Below are positions 48,667 to 59,036 of a DNA stretch of 64,000 nucleotides, in pieces. Each line of letters starts with the position of its first letter. Position 1 is the first letter of the stretch. The notes under the pieces were generated by a model. The model had not been told where the DNA came from and made no database searches. It was given only the letters and a program-made list of their open reading frames with translations. The DNA comes from Sedimentisphaerales bacterium. GTDB lineage: Bacteria; Planctomycetota; Phycisphaerae; Sedimentisphaerales; Anaerobacaceae. The translations under genes and the position numbers were made by a program. The stretch is taken from positions 928,001 through 992,000 of the forward strand of contig OY970194.1 in the NCBI GenBank assembly GCA_963708075.1. The letters are read 5' to 3'.

Positions 48667-49086
48667 ATGGCAGTAAAACTCAGGCTCGCGCGGATGGGGC
48701 GACGACACCGTCCATTTTTCCGAATCAACGCGGTGGACTCACGCACCCCCCGCGACGGCAAGATCATCGAGAGGCTCGGTCACTTTGATCCGCTCGAGAA
48801 GGACGTCACCAAGCAGATCGTTCTGAAGCGGGACCGGATCGAGTACTGGCTCGGGCAGGGGGCCGTCCCCTCCGACACGGTGTCCGAGATCCTGCTTCGC
48901 AACGGCATCAAGCATAAATATGCCGAGGAGAAAGCGGTGCGCCAGGCGCAGGCCCGGAAACTCGCTCACGCCAGGGGCAAGCTGTTCACGGCCACCGAGC
49001 GAATCGCCGCGGAGAAACAAAAGGCCAAGGAAGCCGAAGCGACAGGCAAGGCGGCCGAGGCCAAGCCGGAGGGCACCGGCGCTTAA
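48667..49086 (+). CDS. rpsP: 30S ribosomal protein S16 with a C-terminal extension
   Basis: VKLRL.R.G....PFFRI...DSR.PRDG..IE.LG; W...GA.PSDTV. Confidence 0.96.
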   Translation: MAVKLRLARMGRRHRPFFRINAVDSRTPRDGKIIERLGHFDPLEKDVTKQIVLKRDRIEYWLGQGAVPSDTVSEILLRNGIKHKYAEEKAVRQAQARKLAHARGKLFTATERIAAEKQKAKEAEATGKAAEAKPEGTGA

Positions 49087-49099
49087 TTGAATACGTGTG

Positions 49100-49801
49100 A
49101 TGCGGATCGATATCCTCACACTGTTTCCGGAGATGTTCGCATCTCCCTTGAACTACTCGATTCTCAAACGAGCGCAGGAGCAGGGGCTGGTCGCTGTCGC
49201 GCTCACGAATATTCGTGATTTTGCGACCGACAAATACCGGAAAGTGGACGACAAGCCGTACGGCGGGGGCCCGGGCATGGTCATGATGCCGGGCCCCGTC
49301 TTCGATTGCTTCGAGTACGTCGAACGGCTCGATCCCTGCCATGGCCGCGTCCTTTTGCTGACCCCGCAGGGCGGTCGCTTCACGCAGGCCAAGGCCCGGG
49401 AGCTGTCGCAGGAGCCGCGGCTGATCCTGATCGCCGGGAGATACGAGGGGTTCGACGAACGGATCCGGACCGGCCTGGGGGCCGAGCCCATCTCCATTGG
49501 TGACTACATATTGAATGGGGGCGAGTTGGCCGCCATGGTCATCGTGGACGCGGTGGTTCGGCTGCTTCCCGGGGCGCTGGGCGACGAGGATTCCGCAAAG
49601 GAGGATTCTTTCAGCGAAGCTCTTCTGGAGTACCCACAGTACACGCGTCCGGAGGTGTTCCGCGGCATGAAGGTCCCGGAGGTCCTTCTGTCCGGGGATC
49701 ACGCCAAGATCGCTCAATGGCGCCGGCGACAAGCTCTCGAACGCACGCAGCAATGGCGCCCCGATTTACTGGAAGCAAGCGATCACGAACGGGAGAATTA
49801 G
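49100..49801 (+). CDS. trmD: tRNA (guanine37-N1)-methyltransferase
   Basis: [30 protein letters not shown] and YPQYTRP. Confidence 0.96.
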   Translation: MRIDILTLFPEMFASPLNYSILKRAQEQGLVAVALTNIRDFATDKYRKVDDKPYGGGPGMVMMPGPVFDCFEYVERLDPCHGRVLLLTPQGGRFTQAKARELSQEPRLILIAGRYEGFDERIRTGLGAEPISIGDYILNGGELAAMVIVDAVVRLLPGALGDEDSAKEDSFSEALLEYPQYTRPEVFRGMKVPEVLLSGDHAKIAQWRRRQALERTQQWRPDLLEASDHEREN

Positions 49802-49804
49802 AGC

Positions 49805-51811
49805 ATGGAAAGGCACGGTCCGAGCAACAACAGACCGCCGCAGAAGAACCACAAGCCTCCCAGCCAGGTCCGGTCTCTCGGTCCGGTTCCCAACCTGGAG
49901 GAGCACGTACATGCGGAGTGGTGGCGGCAAATCTTCAACTCGACATACCTCAAAACCGACGGCGACGTCGTGGACGACCAGCAAGTGACCTCGAAAGAGG
50001 TGGATACGTTCTGCGAGATCGTGGGACTCCAGCCGGATGACCGAATCCTGGACCTGTGCTGTGGGCAGGGCCCGGATTCGCTCGAGCTCGTCCGCCGCGG
50101 GTTCCAGAACGTTGAAGGTCTGGACAGGTCCCACTACCTCATTCAGCGGGCCCGAGCGCAGGCCAAGAAGGAGGGACTCAACGTCAAGTTCAAGGAAGGC
50201 GACGCCCGAAAGCTGCCGTATGCGAGCGACAGCTTCGACGTCGTGATGATCCTCGGAAACAGCTTCGGTTACTTCGAGACTGCTGAGGACGACATGCGGG
50301 TGCTGAAAGAGGTCTTTCGCGTCCTCAAACCCTGGGGCAAGATGCTGATCGACGTGGCCGACGGCGATTACCTGCGGCGCAAATTCCAGCCGAGGTCGTG
50401 GGAGTGGATCGATAAGAACTACTTCGTCTGTCGCGAGCGCTCGCTGTCTTTGGACAAGATGCGACTGATCTCGCGGGAAGTCGTCACGCACGTGGAAAAG
50501 GGCGTGATCGCCGACCAGTTCTATGCGGAGCGGCTCTATAGCCGCAAGAGCTTCCAGGAACTGCTGACCAAGGCCGGTTTCGCCGATGTCATGGTTCACG
50601 GCCAGATTGCCGGCGACTCTCAGCGCAACCAGGACCTGGGCATGATGGAGAGACGCATCATGGTCACGGCGGCCGTCCGAAAGGAATGGACGCCGCGAAA
50701 GCGCAAGAAGGACACCAAGGTCGTCACCGTGATCCTGGGCGACCCGAACAAGCCCGACCCGCTCAAGCCCTTGTGCGTGTTCGATGATGACGATTTCTAC
50801 ACCATCGATCAACTCAAGGACGCTTTGCGGGAGTTGGATGGATACCGGTATACGTACGTGAACAACCATGACCGTCTGATCGACGAGATGCAGAAGGTGG
50901 TCGGTAAAACGGACTATGTCCTGAACCTCTGCGACGAGGGGTACGACAACAGCCCCCGCAAGGAGCTGCACATTCCCTCATTGCTGGAAATGCTCGGCAT
51001 CCCGTACACCGGTAGCGGTCCCCAGTGCCTGGCGTTCTGCTACGACAAGTCCCTCGTTCGCGGAATTGCCAAGGAAATGGGGATTCCCGTGCCGGGAGGC
51101 TTCTTCATCAAGCCGGAGGACAGCACCTTCGAACTGTGCTTCCCGTTCCCGTCGATCGTGAAGCCGAATTTCGGCGACTCGAGCTTCGGCATCACGCAGC
51201 GCAGCGTCGCGAACACCGTCGAGGGGCTGGTCAACGCCATCTCGGAGATCCGTGAGCAGTTCGGGTATGAGAAGCCGATCCTCGTGGAGGAGTTCCTGAC
51301 CGGCAAGGACTTCACGGTCGGGATCATCGGGAACCCGCCGGAATCGTACACGGTCTTGCCGATCATCGAGGAAGATTACTCGGCGCTGCCGCCCGATCTG
51401 CCGAGGATCTGCGGCTACGAGGCCAAGTGGCTGCCGGACTCGCCGTACTGGCAACTGAAGTCCATCCCGGCTCTGCTGCCTGAGTCCACGGAGAAATTCG
51501 TGGTCGAGTGTTGCCTGAAGCTCTTCGAGCGATTGGAGTGCCAGGACTATGCCCGGTTCGACTGGCGGCTCGACGCTTCCGGCCAGCCGAGGCTGCTGGA
51601 GGTCAACCCGAACCCCGGCTGGTGCTGGGATGGGCACATGGCCAAGATGGCGAAAATCGCCGGCATCTCCTACTCCGAGATGCTCGCGGCGATCCTGCGG
51701 GCGGCGGAGGACCGGTTCGCCGTCCAGGCCGCGACACACAAGATCGTCGAAGTGTCCCGGCCAACCCTGGCCGAGTTGCAGCGCACGACGCAGCCGGTGT
51801 CGCCTCAGTAA
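49805..51811 (+). CDS. Class I SAM methyltransferase fused to a D-Ala-D-Ala-ligase-like ATP-grasp domain
   Basis: ILDLCCGQG and GDAR.LP (N-terminal); IPYTGS, DK, IVKP...SS.GI, VEEFL.G, YARFD.R and LEVN.NPG (C-terminal). Confidence 0.88.
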   Translation: MERHGPSNNRPPQKNHKPPSQVRSLGPVPNLEEHVHAEWWRQIFNSTYLKTDGDVVDDQQVTSKEVDTFCEIVGLQPDDRILDLCCGQGPDSLELVRRGFQNVEGLDRSHYLIQRARAQAKKEGLNVKFKEGDARKLPYASDSFDVVMILGNSFGYFETAEDDMRVLKEVFRVLKPWGKMLIDVADGDYLRRKFQPRSWEWIDKNYFVCRERSLSLDKMRLISREVVTHVEKGVIADQFYAERLYSRKSFQELLTKAGFADVMVHGQIAGDSQRNQDLGMMERRIMVTAAVRKEWTPRKRKKDTKVVTVILGDPNKPDPLKPLCVFDDDDFYTIDQLKDALRELDGYRYTYVNNHDRLIDEMQKVVGKTDYVLNLCDEGYDNSPRKELHIPSLLEMLGIPYTGSGPQCLAFCYDKSLVRGIAKEMGIPVPGGFFIKPEDSTFELCFPFPSIVKPNFGDSSFGITQRSVANTVEGLVNAISEIREQFGYEKPILVEEFLTGKDFTVGIIGNPPESYTVLPIIEEDYSALPPDLPRICGYEAKWLPDSPYWQLKSIPALLPESTEKFVVECCLKLFERLECQDYARFDWRLDASGQPRLLEVNPNPGWCWDGHMAKMAKIAGISYSEMLAAILRAAEDRFAVQAATHKIVEVSRPTLAELQRTTQPVSPQ

Positions 51812-51867
51812 CAACACTGCCCCTCGGTGGCGCATGTCTGCCGCTGAGGTTCCATGAGTGATTCTTG

Positions 51868-51909
51868 CAGGGCCGTATCGCCGATAGATGAAATGGCGAT
51901 ACGGCCCTG
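51868..51909. repeat. Perfect 15-bp inverted repeat (REP-like or terminator)
   Basis: CAGGGCCGTATCGCC / GGCGATACGGCCCTG. Confidence 0.6.
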
Positions 51910-51962
51910 ATGTGTTTACAGACGCCGCCACAGCATAGACTGCGGGACTTTGGAGACCGCCC

Positions 51963-53180
51963 ATGAAATGCCCAGCGTGCGGATCAGAGCAGATTGACGG
52001 AATCGTACGGTGTTCCTCGTGCGGTCGCCTTCTTCCCGGGGTTCAAAACCCGTCGACATCGCTCGACATCAGGATCGATCGTGTGGCGGTTGTCTCGTCG
52101 ATTTGCGCTTTGGCCGGCGTTATCCTGTCCCTACCGGGTCTGATCGCGCAGATTGACCCGGCGGTCCTGCGCCCTGAATCCGCCACGGTCATACTGGCGG
52201 CACTCGCATCCCTTCTGGCAACGGGTGCGGCATTTCTGCTGGGTGTCGCCGGCTCGCTTCAGATCGTGACCAGTGGTGGGAGGCGGACCGGCTATGGATT
52301 TGCGGCGGTCGGAATGGTCACGCCGATCGTGCTGGCCCTGCCCTTGCTGGTTTGCCTGTCCATACTCGCAGGAGTCCATGGCACGGCCTATCGCATGACC
52401 TGCGGGACGAACCTTTCGGGGATTGGCAAGGCGATGCTGATCTATGCGAACGACTACGACGACCATCTGCCCGCGGCGGGTGGACCGGGCGCACGCTGGG
52501 CCGCGCGTCTGCCATCGTGGTCGGCGAGGAATCGCGTAGACGCCTGCGGCTTGGGAGATCCAAACGGCGACGATGGGCAAGCCAGTGTCTCCGGCAGTCT
52601 GTACCTGCTCGTCAAATATGGCGGGGTCGAACCCAAGAAGTTCGTCTGCATGAATGACGCCAGAACGAGGGAATTCAAGCCGAGCAAGTACCACGCGGCC
52701 GATAGGGAGCCGTCTGCCCTCTGGGACTTCGGACCGAATCCGCCAAGACATTGCAGCTATGCCTATCATATGCCCTATGGCCTGTACTCGCTGACGACCT
52801 CATTGCCTCCCGGCCTTGCTGTCGCCGCGGACCGCAACCCGTGGATGGACTCGCTCTCCGCCAAAGCGAAGGATTTCTCACTCTTCAAGCCTGATGTCCC
52901 TCCGTTCAACGGTACTGCGCAGCAGGCCAAGAATGGCAACACCTTCCGCCATGAAGCGGACGGCCAGAACGTGCTGTTTCTCGACAGCCACGCCGAGTTC
53001 GCCAAGCGCGCGTACTGCGGCATCGATGACGATAATATCTACACGATTTCTGGGAACCCGGGGGCCGCTGATCCCCTGGGCACGCCGCCGGCCCTCGGCA
53101 GCCAGCCCGCCAACAGGAAGGACTCGCTGCTCGTCAACGATCCCGTCTTGATACCTGCTACGTCACAGGAGAAGAGGTAA
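51963..53180 (+). CDS. Zinc-ribbon + multi-TM anchor + DUF1559/H-X9-DG-like domain protein
   Basis: CPACG..CSSCG, three TM segments, CGTNLSGIGKA..YANDY, CSYAYH and H..DGQNVLFLDSH. Confidence 0.8.
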   Translation: MKCPACGSEQIDGIVRCSSCGRLLPGVQNPSTSLDIRIDRVAVVSSICALAGVILSLPGLIAQIDPAVLRPESATVILAALASLLATGAAFLLGVAGSLQIVTSGGRRTGYGFAAVGMVTPIVLALPLLVCLSILAGVHGTAYRMTCGTNLSGIGKAMLIYANDYDDHLPAAGGPGARWAARLPSWSARNRVDACGLGDPNGDDGQASVSGSLYLLVKYGGVEPKKFVCMNDARTREFKPSKYHAADREPSALWDFGPNPPRHCSYAYHMPYGLYSLTTSLPPGLAVAADRNPWMDSLSAKAKDFSLFKPDVPPFNGTAQQAKNGNTFRHEADGQNVLFLDSHAEFAKRAYCGIDDDNIYTISGNPGAADPLGTPPALGSQPANRKDSLLVNDPVLIPATSQEKR

Positions 53181-53210
53181 ATGACATCGGCTGGAAGTCG
53201 TGGAGTTCGC

Positions 53211-53239
53211 TTGACGGCAGGCGCGCATCACTATAGGAT
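53211..53239 (+). promoter_or_regulatory. Sigma70-type promoter
   Basis: TTGACG-17 nt-TAGGAT. Confidence 0.55.
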
Positions 53240-53317
53240 CGGGTCGTTGGAGGCCGAACGGAACTGAAAGAAGGGCGCTGCGGTTGGGTAGCCGCAACAG
53301 TGAAAGGGGGAACGCGA

Positions 53318-54463
53318 ATGTACTGTCCGAAATGCGGAATGCAGAACGCGGAGAACGCCCAGATATGTATTTCATGCGGCTATGTCCTGCCTGTCCTTGT
53401 TGCGGGCGGCATGCCGGTCCAGGTCAAGACGAGTGGACTGGCCATCGCGGCGTTCGTGCTGGGCATTCTCAGCCTGTTCACGCTGGGGCTCACGGCTCTG
53501 CCCGCGATGATCCTTGGGGCCATCGCCCTTGTTCTCATCGGCAAGAGCGGCGGGCGACTGACGGGCACCGGCTTTGCCATCACTGGGATCGTGATTCCCG
53601 CGGTCACCATGGTTCTCATCCCGCTGGCCGTGCTCATGCCCGCGCTGGCGAGGACCCGCCAACTGGCATTCCGGATGACCTGCGGCACCAATCTGTCGGG
53701 CATCGGCAAGGCGATGACTGTCTATGCCGATGACTATAACGGGGAGTTGCCTCGCGCGGGTGGCCGCAGCACGGAATGGGCTGCGAGCACACCGAACTGG
53801 TCCGGCACTGACCGCCGACAGGCCTTCGACCTGGCCGCAGATGATTCTGCCGGGCGGGCGAGTGCCGGCGCAAGCCTGTATCTACTGGTCAAGTATGCCG
53901 AGGTGACGCCGAAGTCGTTCGTGTGCAAAGGCGACGCCGGAACAACGGAGTTCAGGCCGTACGACAGAGCGGATATTCCGAGCAGCTTCGAGTTGATCGA
54001 CGGCTGGGATTTCGGTCCGCCGGCAGAGTCATTCAGGCATTGCAGCTACGCATACCACATGCCGTACGGCCGGTTTGCCCTGACGACCTCGAATGAACCA
54101 GGCTTGGCGGTGGCGGCCGACCGCAATCCATGGATAGACTCGCACTTACCTGCGGCCAGTGACTTCTCCTATTTCAAACCCGATATCGCCCCCTTCAATG
54201 GCGCCGCGAATCAGGCGCGGCACGGCAACGCCATGACTCACCAGTTGGACGGCCAGAACGTGCTGTTTCTCGACAGTCATGTCGAGTTTGCCAAGCGGGC
54301 TTTTTGCGGCCTTGACGACGACAACATCTATACCATTTCGACCAGCCCGACAGCCGGCGATCCCCTGGGCACGCCGCCCAAGCTTGGCAGCCAGCCGGCC
54401 AACAGGAAAGACTCCCTCCTCGTTCACGATCCGCCCCCGCCCCCCGAAACCAGGAGGAGGTGA
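53318..54463 (+). CDS. Zinc-ribbon + DUF4190-like + DUF1559/H-X9-DG-like domain protein
   Basis: MYCPKCG..N..NA..C..CG; TSGLAIAAFVLGILS...G.G.AITG; MPALAR.R; same C-terminal domain as 51963. Confidence 0.85.
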   Translation: MYCPKCGMQNAENAQICISCGYVLPVLVAGGMPVQVKTSGLAIAAFVLGILSLFTLGLTALPAMILGAIALVLIGKSGGRLTGTGFAITGIVIPAVTMVLIPLAVLMPALARTRQLAFRMTCGTNLSGIGKAMTVYADDYNGELPRAGGRSTEWAASTPNWSGTDRRQAFDLAADDSAGRASAGASLYLLVKYAEVTPKSFVCKGDAGTTEFRPYDRADIPSSFELIDGWDFGPPAESFRHCSYAYHMPYGRFALTTSNEPGLAVAADRNPWIDSHLPAASDFSYFKPDIAPFNGAANQARHGNAMTHQLDGQNVLFLDSHVEFAKRAFCGLDDDNIYTISTSPTAGDPLGTPPKLGSQPANRKDSLLVHDPPPPPETRRR

Positions 54464-54533
54464 TGGAGAGCAGGGCTGCATAGGCCAAGGCCCGTCTCGC
54501 GTTTGCTCTCAGGCTTTCGGAGGGGTGCCGTCA

Positions 54534-56812
54534 TCACTTGTCCAGGAGCACGTAGCAGTGTGTGCGGAGGAGTCGGCGGATGTCGATGAGGCTGCCCTCA
54601 TCGCCGAGATACTTGCGCAGGTAGTCGATCATCCGGGCCGTCTGCTCATCGCCGGCGGGATAGGCGAACAGGTACTTGATGCTGCTATCCACGGCCCGCT
54701 CCATATCGCCCGTGGCTTCGGCCTTGTGCATCTCCACGGCAAACCGGTGCCCGTGTTTCTCGCACGCCTGGCTCAGGACCTGTCTGAGCCTTGTCATGGC
54801 AGGATCGCTCGCTCGTTCGAGCATTGTGGCATCATCGGAAAGCGCGAGCGGGTCCTCGGGGACATTCCTCTGCGGGTCGCCCGAGATCACGCGGTCGGAC
54901 TCGTCGTGCCGGCCCTCCAGACGTTCGGCGATGATCAACTCGCCTGTGGCGGTATCGAGCAGCTTGATCATACCGTTGACCTTCGCGGTCTTCGTGAAGG
55001 TTTGAATCGGATACTGGTATTTAACCATGTTGGGCACGAGCACCTCCGGCGGAATCGCCCCCAGGCGGATCCGGGCGGTGGTCACATCGGACGCCGCATT
55101 GACCAGCCGCTGCTTCGCTTCATCCACGTCGGCCTGGGCCTTTCGCTTTCTCGCCATTTCCTCGGCATCGGCCGGATCGATGTTTCTATATCGTGCCAGC
55201 CTCGCCTCCGCCTCGGCAAGTCTCTTCCTCGCGTGTTCGAGTTCGGCAATCGCCCCATCGAGTTCCTTGGCCGCATGCACGTGGTCCGGGTTCGGCTCCG
55301 TCCGGTACCCATCCTGGTACGTCGATTCACTTTGCCCTGACCGTTTGCTCTCAACAACTACGTTGCCTTCGAGGATCTTTCCCACGAGAAGCGCATCGAC
55401 TCCGTTCAGTTCACCGGTCGCCCCACGGCGGCCCGGATCGACGGGCCCGCTCATGTTAAGATCCTGCTCTCCAAGGCTCATCTGCAGATCAAATCGCTCG
55501 ATCACGGTCACGTTGGCCGGCCGCGTCCGCGTCAGGTGTTCGAGGGTCGCGGCGTCGAACGCGGCGGCGAGGTTCTGATGCTCCGGCGCCGCTTGAAAGC
55601 CGACGAACGCAATCGCATAATCGACCTCTTGGCGGACCTGCTCGGCGCACTGGCTGAGTTGACGCTTGGCTTCGAGGCTGTCGGGCAGGTAACCCAGCGC
55701 GGCCGCCGCATGCAGGACCGCGGCGCCGCTGGCCCCTTCCCGCTGGTGCTGCCGCGAGATCTTCAGGTGGTCTTCGCCAAGCCGGGATCGCGCATCGGCC
55801 AGCAGCGCGTCCACTCCGCCATATTCGCGGAGCAGGTCACGGCTCTTATCGAACAGACGGATCGCGGCCACATAGTTGCGAGACTCCATGGCGCGACGGC
55901 CCTGCGCCAGCCACGCATCGCAGACGGTCCGCCTCGCCTGCCCAAGCAGGTCCGGCAGCTCGGTGTGCGACGGATGCAGTTTGGCGGCCCGCTCCAACTC
56001 GTGCAGCGCCCCTCGGCCTGCCCCTGCTCCAGCAGTTTCCGTCCGTGGGCGATCAAGCCGGCGGCTTCTCGCCGATCCTTCACGGCCTGGATCACGGCCT
56101 TCGCCTCCTTGCCCGCTCCTTCGTACAGCAGTGCGGCCTGTGCCCCCGCCTCGGCATTTGCGAGATCGCCCTCCAACAGCTTCCCCTGGGCCCGATCGAT
56201 GTAGTAGCCGTAGGCTCGCTCGCGGATATGCTTCAGATTGGCGTCTCCACCGGGCATCGTCCTGTAGAGTGCAAGCGCCTCATTCATCCGCTGCATCGCG
56301 GCCTGCCACTGTTGTTGCTCGGCCAATGCGAGTGCCTCGTCCCGGAGTTGCTCGGCTTGGGCCATGGCCTGGAGTATCCGCTGGCGAAACGTTTGGTAGG
56401 TCTGTTCCTGAGGGCAGTACATGATGGACTTCTCGATGAGACTCTGGGCCGCACTGAGCTCCGCCCATTTGAGCCGCATCTCCGCCTCACGATAATAGAA
56501 CTGCCCCGCCTGCAGTTTGACCTCGTCAAGCCTCTGCTGGTACTCGGTTGCCGCCCTGTAATTCTTGCGTTCCTCGGCCAGCCGGACCGCCGCCTCCAGC
56601 TCCTGCACCGCCCGGTCGTATTGTCCTTCCTGCGATAGCTTCTCCCCTCGCTTATACGCCTGCTCGTGAGCGCAACCGGCGGACAGCAGGAGAGCCAACA
56701 CGATCACGCCCAGAATGCCTGAGCGGATTGGATGTTGAAGCTGCGCCTGTGTGGACGTCCTCAACGTGAGAAGTTGGACCCTGTCTGTTTCCATCCTGCA
56801 CCTGGTCTGCAT
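54534..56812 (-). CDS. TPR-repeat lipoprotein with a CsgG-like C-terminal region; frameshift near 56010
   Basis: Lipobox LSAGC; TPR helices; VIERFDL...EQ and GVDALLVG; one added base restores ALHELERAA. Confidence 0.75.
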
Positions 56813-56995
56813 CGTTCACCGCTGCCTTTCTCCCTCCCCTTGTCCATTCAGCAGCCTCCATGGCCGCCGCGCCAGATTGTACCGTCGCCCGAACATAAAA
56901 CAACTGTTCTCAAGGAACCGCAAGGTTCCCTATATATAAGGCCGTCAAAGAGGCACTCGTCACGCATTCCCCGATGGGCTCACGCGCATTCGCTC

Positions 56996-57024
56996 TTGCG
57001 GATTGTCGTGCAGCCTCATATAAT
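56996..57024 (+). promoter_or_regulatory. Sigma70-type promoter
   Basis: TTGCGG-17 nt-TATAAT. Confidence 0.5.
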
Positions 57025-57109
57025 ATCATCTACCGAGGCATGGATGTTGTGGAGAGCAGGTGTATGGTTCGGTGATGCGGATGAGATCTCTTTGCGAGGG
57101 AGGACGAAA

Positions 57110-58042
57110 ATGGCGGAGCAATACGGTTTGAGAAGACTGAGTCACGCGGATGTTCTGGTCGCGGCAATCACCTGTCTGCTTTTGATCTTCCTCGTGCCGG
57201 TTCTGTTCGCCAAGCCACGGGAGCAGTCCATGCGCACACTCTGTGCAGCGAACCTCGCCCAGATTGGCAAGGCCATGTTCCTCTATGCCGGCGATAATGA
57301 GGGCATCTTGCCGCGCGCCGGTGGGCGAAACACCGCCTGGGGCATGACCGTGAACTGGATGGCCGCAGATCGCCGGGCGGCCTTCGGCATAGCCACGGAC
57401 GGTTCGGGGGGTGTGGCGAGCACCAACGCGAGTCTCTATCTGCTCGTCAAATATCTTGGCGTCCCACCAAGTCTCTTTATCTGTAAAGGGGATCGCGGGA
57501 CCACGGAGTTCAAGCTTTCCGATCTCTTCCTGCCTGCGTCACGCACATTGGCCGATCTTTGGGACTTCGGCCCGCCGGCAGAATCGTTCAGGCACTGCAG
57601 CTATGCGTACCACATACCCTACAGCCAGTATGCGTTAACCACCTTCCGTGATCCGAACCTCGCCGTGGCGGCGGACCGAAACCCCTGGATTCAAAGCCCG
57701 GCAGCAGACCCTCAGGACTGGAGCAAGTGGAGGCCCGATGTGCCTTATCCCGGCGGTATTCCCGGCACCAGTGCTCAAGCTCTCATGGGTAATTCGGTCA
57801 CCCATAAACACGACGGCCAGAATGTGCTATTCCTTGACGGTCGAGTCACATTCGAAACGCGGTCCTACTGCGGGGTTGAGAGAGACAATATCTACACGTT
57901 GTCCACTAATACGACTGGCAGCCATGTCTACGGCGCGATGCCGGTATCAGCTTCCGTCGTGCCCACGAATCGCAACGACTCTCTCCTCGTCCACGATCCG
58001 CAATCGATGCCTTATTCTGAACCCAAGAGACGCCGACCGTGA
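57110..58042 (+). CDS. DUF1559/H-X9-DG-like protein with a degenerate prepilin leader
   Basis: GGAGG ribosome-binding site; RRLSHADVLVA + TM; REQ...CAANL.QIG; H..DGQNVLFLDG.V. Confidence 0.82.
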   Translation: MAEQYGLRRLSHADVLVAAITCLLLIFLVPVLFAKPREQSMRTLCAANLAQIGKAMFLYAGDNEGILPRAGGRNTAWGMTVNWMAADRRAAFGIATDGSGGVASTNASLYLLVKYLGVPPSLFICKGDRGTTEFKLSDLFLPASRTLADLWDFGPPAESFRHCSYAYHIPYSQYALTTFRDPNLAVAADRNPWIQSPAADPQDWSKWRPDVPYPGGIPGTSAQALMGNSVTHKHDGQNVLFLDGRVTFETRSYCGVERDNIYTLSTNTTGSHVYGAMPVSASVVPTNRNDSLLVHDPQSMPYSEPKRRRP

Positions 58043-58096
58043 GCAGGGGTACTGCTGGGAGATACCGATGACGGCTATTTGTGAGGGAAGACGAAA

Positions 58097-59023
58097 ATGG
58101 CGGAGCAACATGGTGTGAGAAGACTGAGTCGCGCGGATGTTCTGGTCGCTGCAGTCACCTGTCTGCTTCTAATTCTGCTTGTGCCGGTGCTGTTCGCCAA
58201 GCCACGGGAGCAGTCCATGCGCAAGCTCTGTGGCGCGAACCTCGCCCAGCTCGGCAAGGCCATGTTCCTATATGCCGGCGACAATGAGGGCGACCTACCC
58301 CGCGCCGGCGGGCGAACCACAGTCTGGGGTACGACCCCAAACTGGACGGCGCCACATCGTATGATAGCTTTCAACATGAGGCCCGATGGCACAGACGGCA
58401 CGGCGAGCATCAATGCGAGTCTCTACCTGCTCGTCAAATACTGTGGAGTGACGCCCCGGGTCTTCGTCTGCAAGGGGGACCGTGGAACTACCGAGCTCAA
58501 GCTATCCGACCTCACAGGGCTGTGGTGGAGTTTCAAGTGGAGCGACGCCTGGGACTTCGGCCCGCCTTCGGAGTCATTCAAGCATTGCAGTTATGCGTAT
58601 CACATCCCCTACGGTTCATACCCGCTGAGCACGTCGCTGGACCCAAACATGGCCGTGGCGGCGGATCGCAGCCCATGGATCAACAGCCCGGCGCACACGG
58701 CCGAGGTCTTTCCTGGCAGTTTCAAGCCCGATGTGCTTTACCCCGGAGGCACGCTCGGCACGAGTGCCCAAGCGCGCAATGGCAATTCGATCACGCACCA
58801 GCGTGATGGCCAGAACGTCCTGTTTCTCGATGGCCGAGTTGCGTTTGAAAAGCGAGCCTACTGCGCGGTCGATAAAGACAACATCTACACCCAGTCCACC
58901 GACCCGAGCGGTCGCGGCCACGTCTTTGGAGCGTTTCGGGGCAGTGGGTTCCTTGAGCCCACGAACCGCAGAGACTCTCTCCTCGTCCATGACCCGGATG
59001 CCTTCGGCGGGATACGCCGGTGA
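58097..59023 (+). CDS. Tandem paralog of the preceding H-X9-DG-like gene
   Basis: Near-identical 5' leader and first ~75 codons; same C-terminal motifs. Confidence 0.82.
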   Translation: MAEQHGVRRLSRADVLVAAVTCLLLILLVPVLFAKPREQSMRKLCGANLAQLGKAMFLYAGDNEGDLPRAGGRTTVWGTTPNWTAPHRMIAFNMRPDGTDGTASINASLYLLVKYCGVTPRVFVCKGDRGTTELKLSDLTGLWWSFKWSDAWDFGPPSESFKHCSYAYHIPYGSYPLSTSLDPNMAVAADRSPWINSPAHTAEVFPGSFKPDVLYPGGTLGTSAQARNGNSITHQRDGQNVLFLDGRVAFEKRAYCAVDKDNIYTQSTDPSGRGHVFGAFRGSGFLEPTNRRDSLLVHDPDAFGGIRR

Positions 59024-59036
59024 GCCGGGTCGACCG

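Noticed and set aside
53331..53358. Heptamer-like AATGCGG AATGCAG AACGCGG tract
   Set aside because: Explained by the zinc-ribbon coding sequence (KCGMQNAENA).
51963..59023. Diversity-generating retroelement acting on the H-X9-DG paralogs
   Set aside because: No reverse transcriptase, and no template/variable repeat pair differing only at adenines; paralogs differ at all base types.
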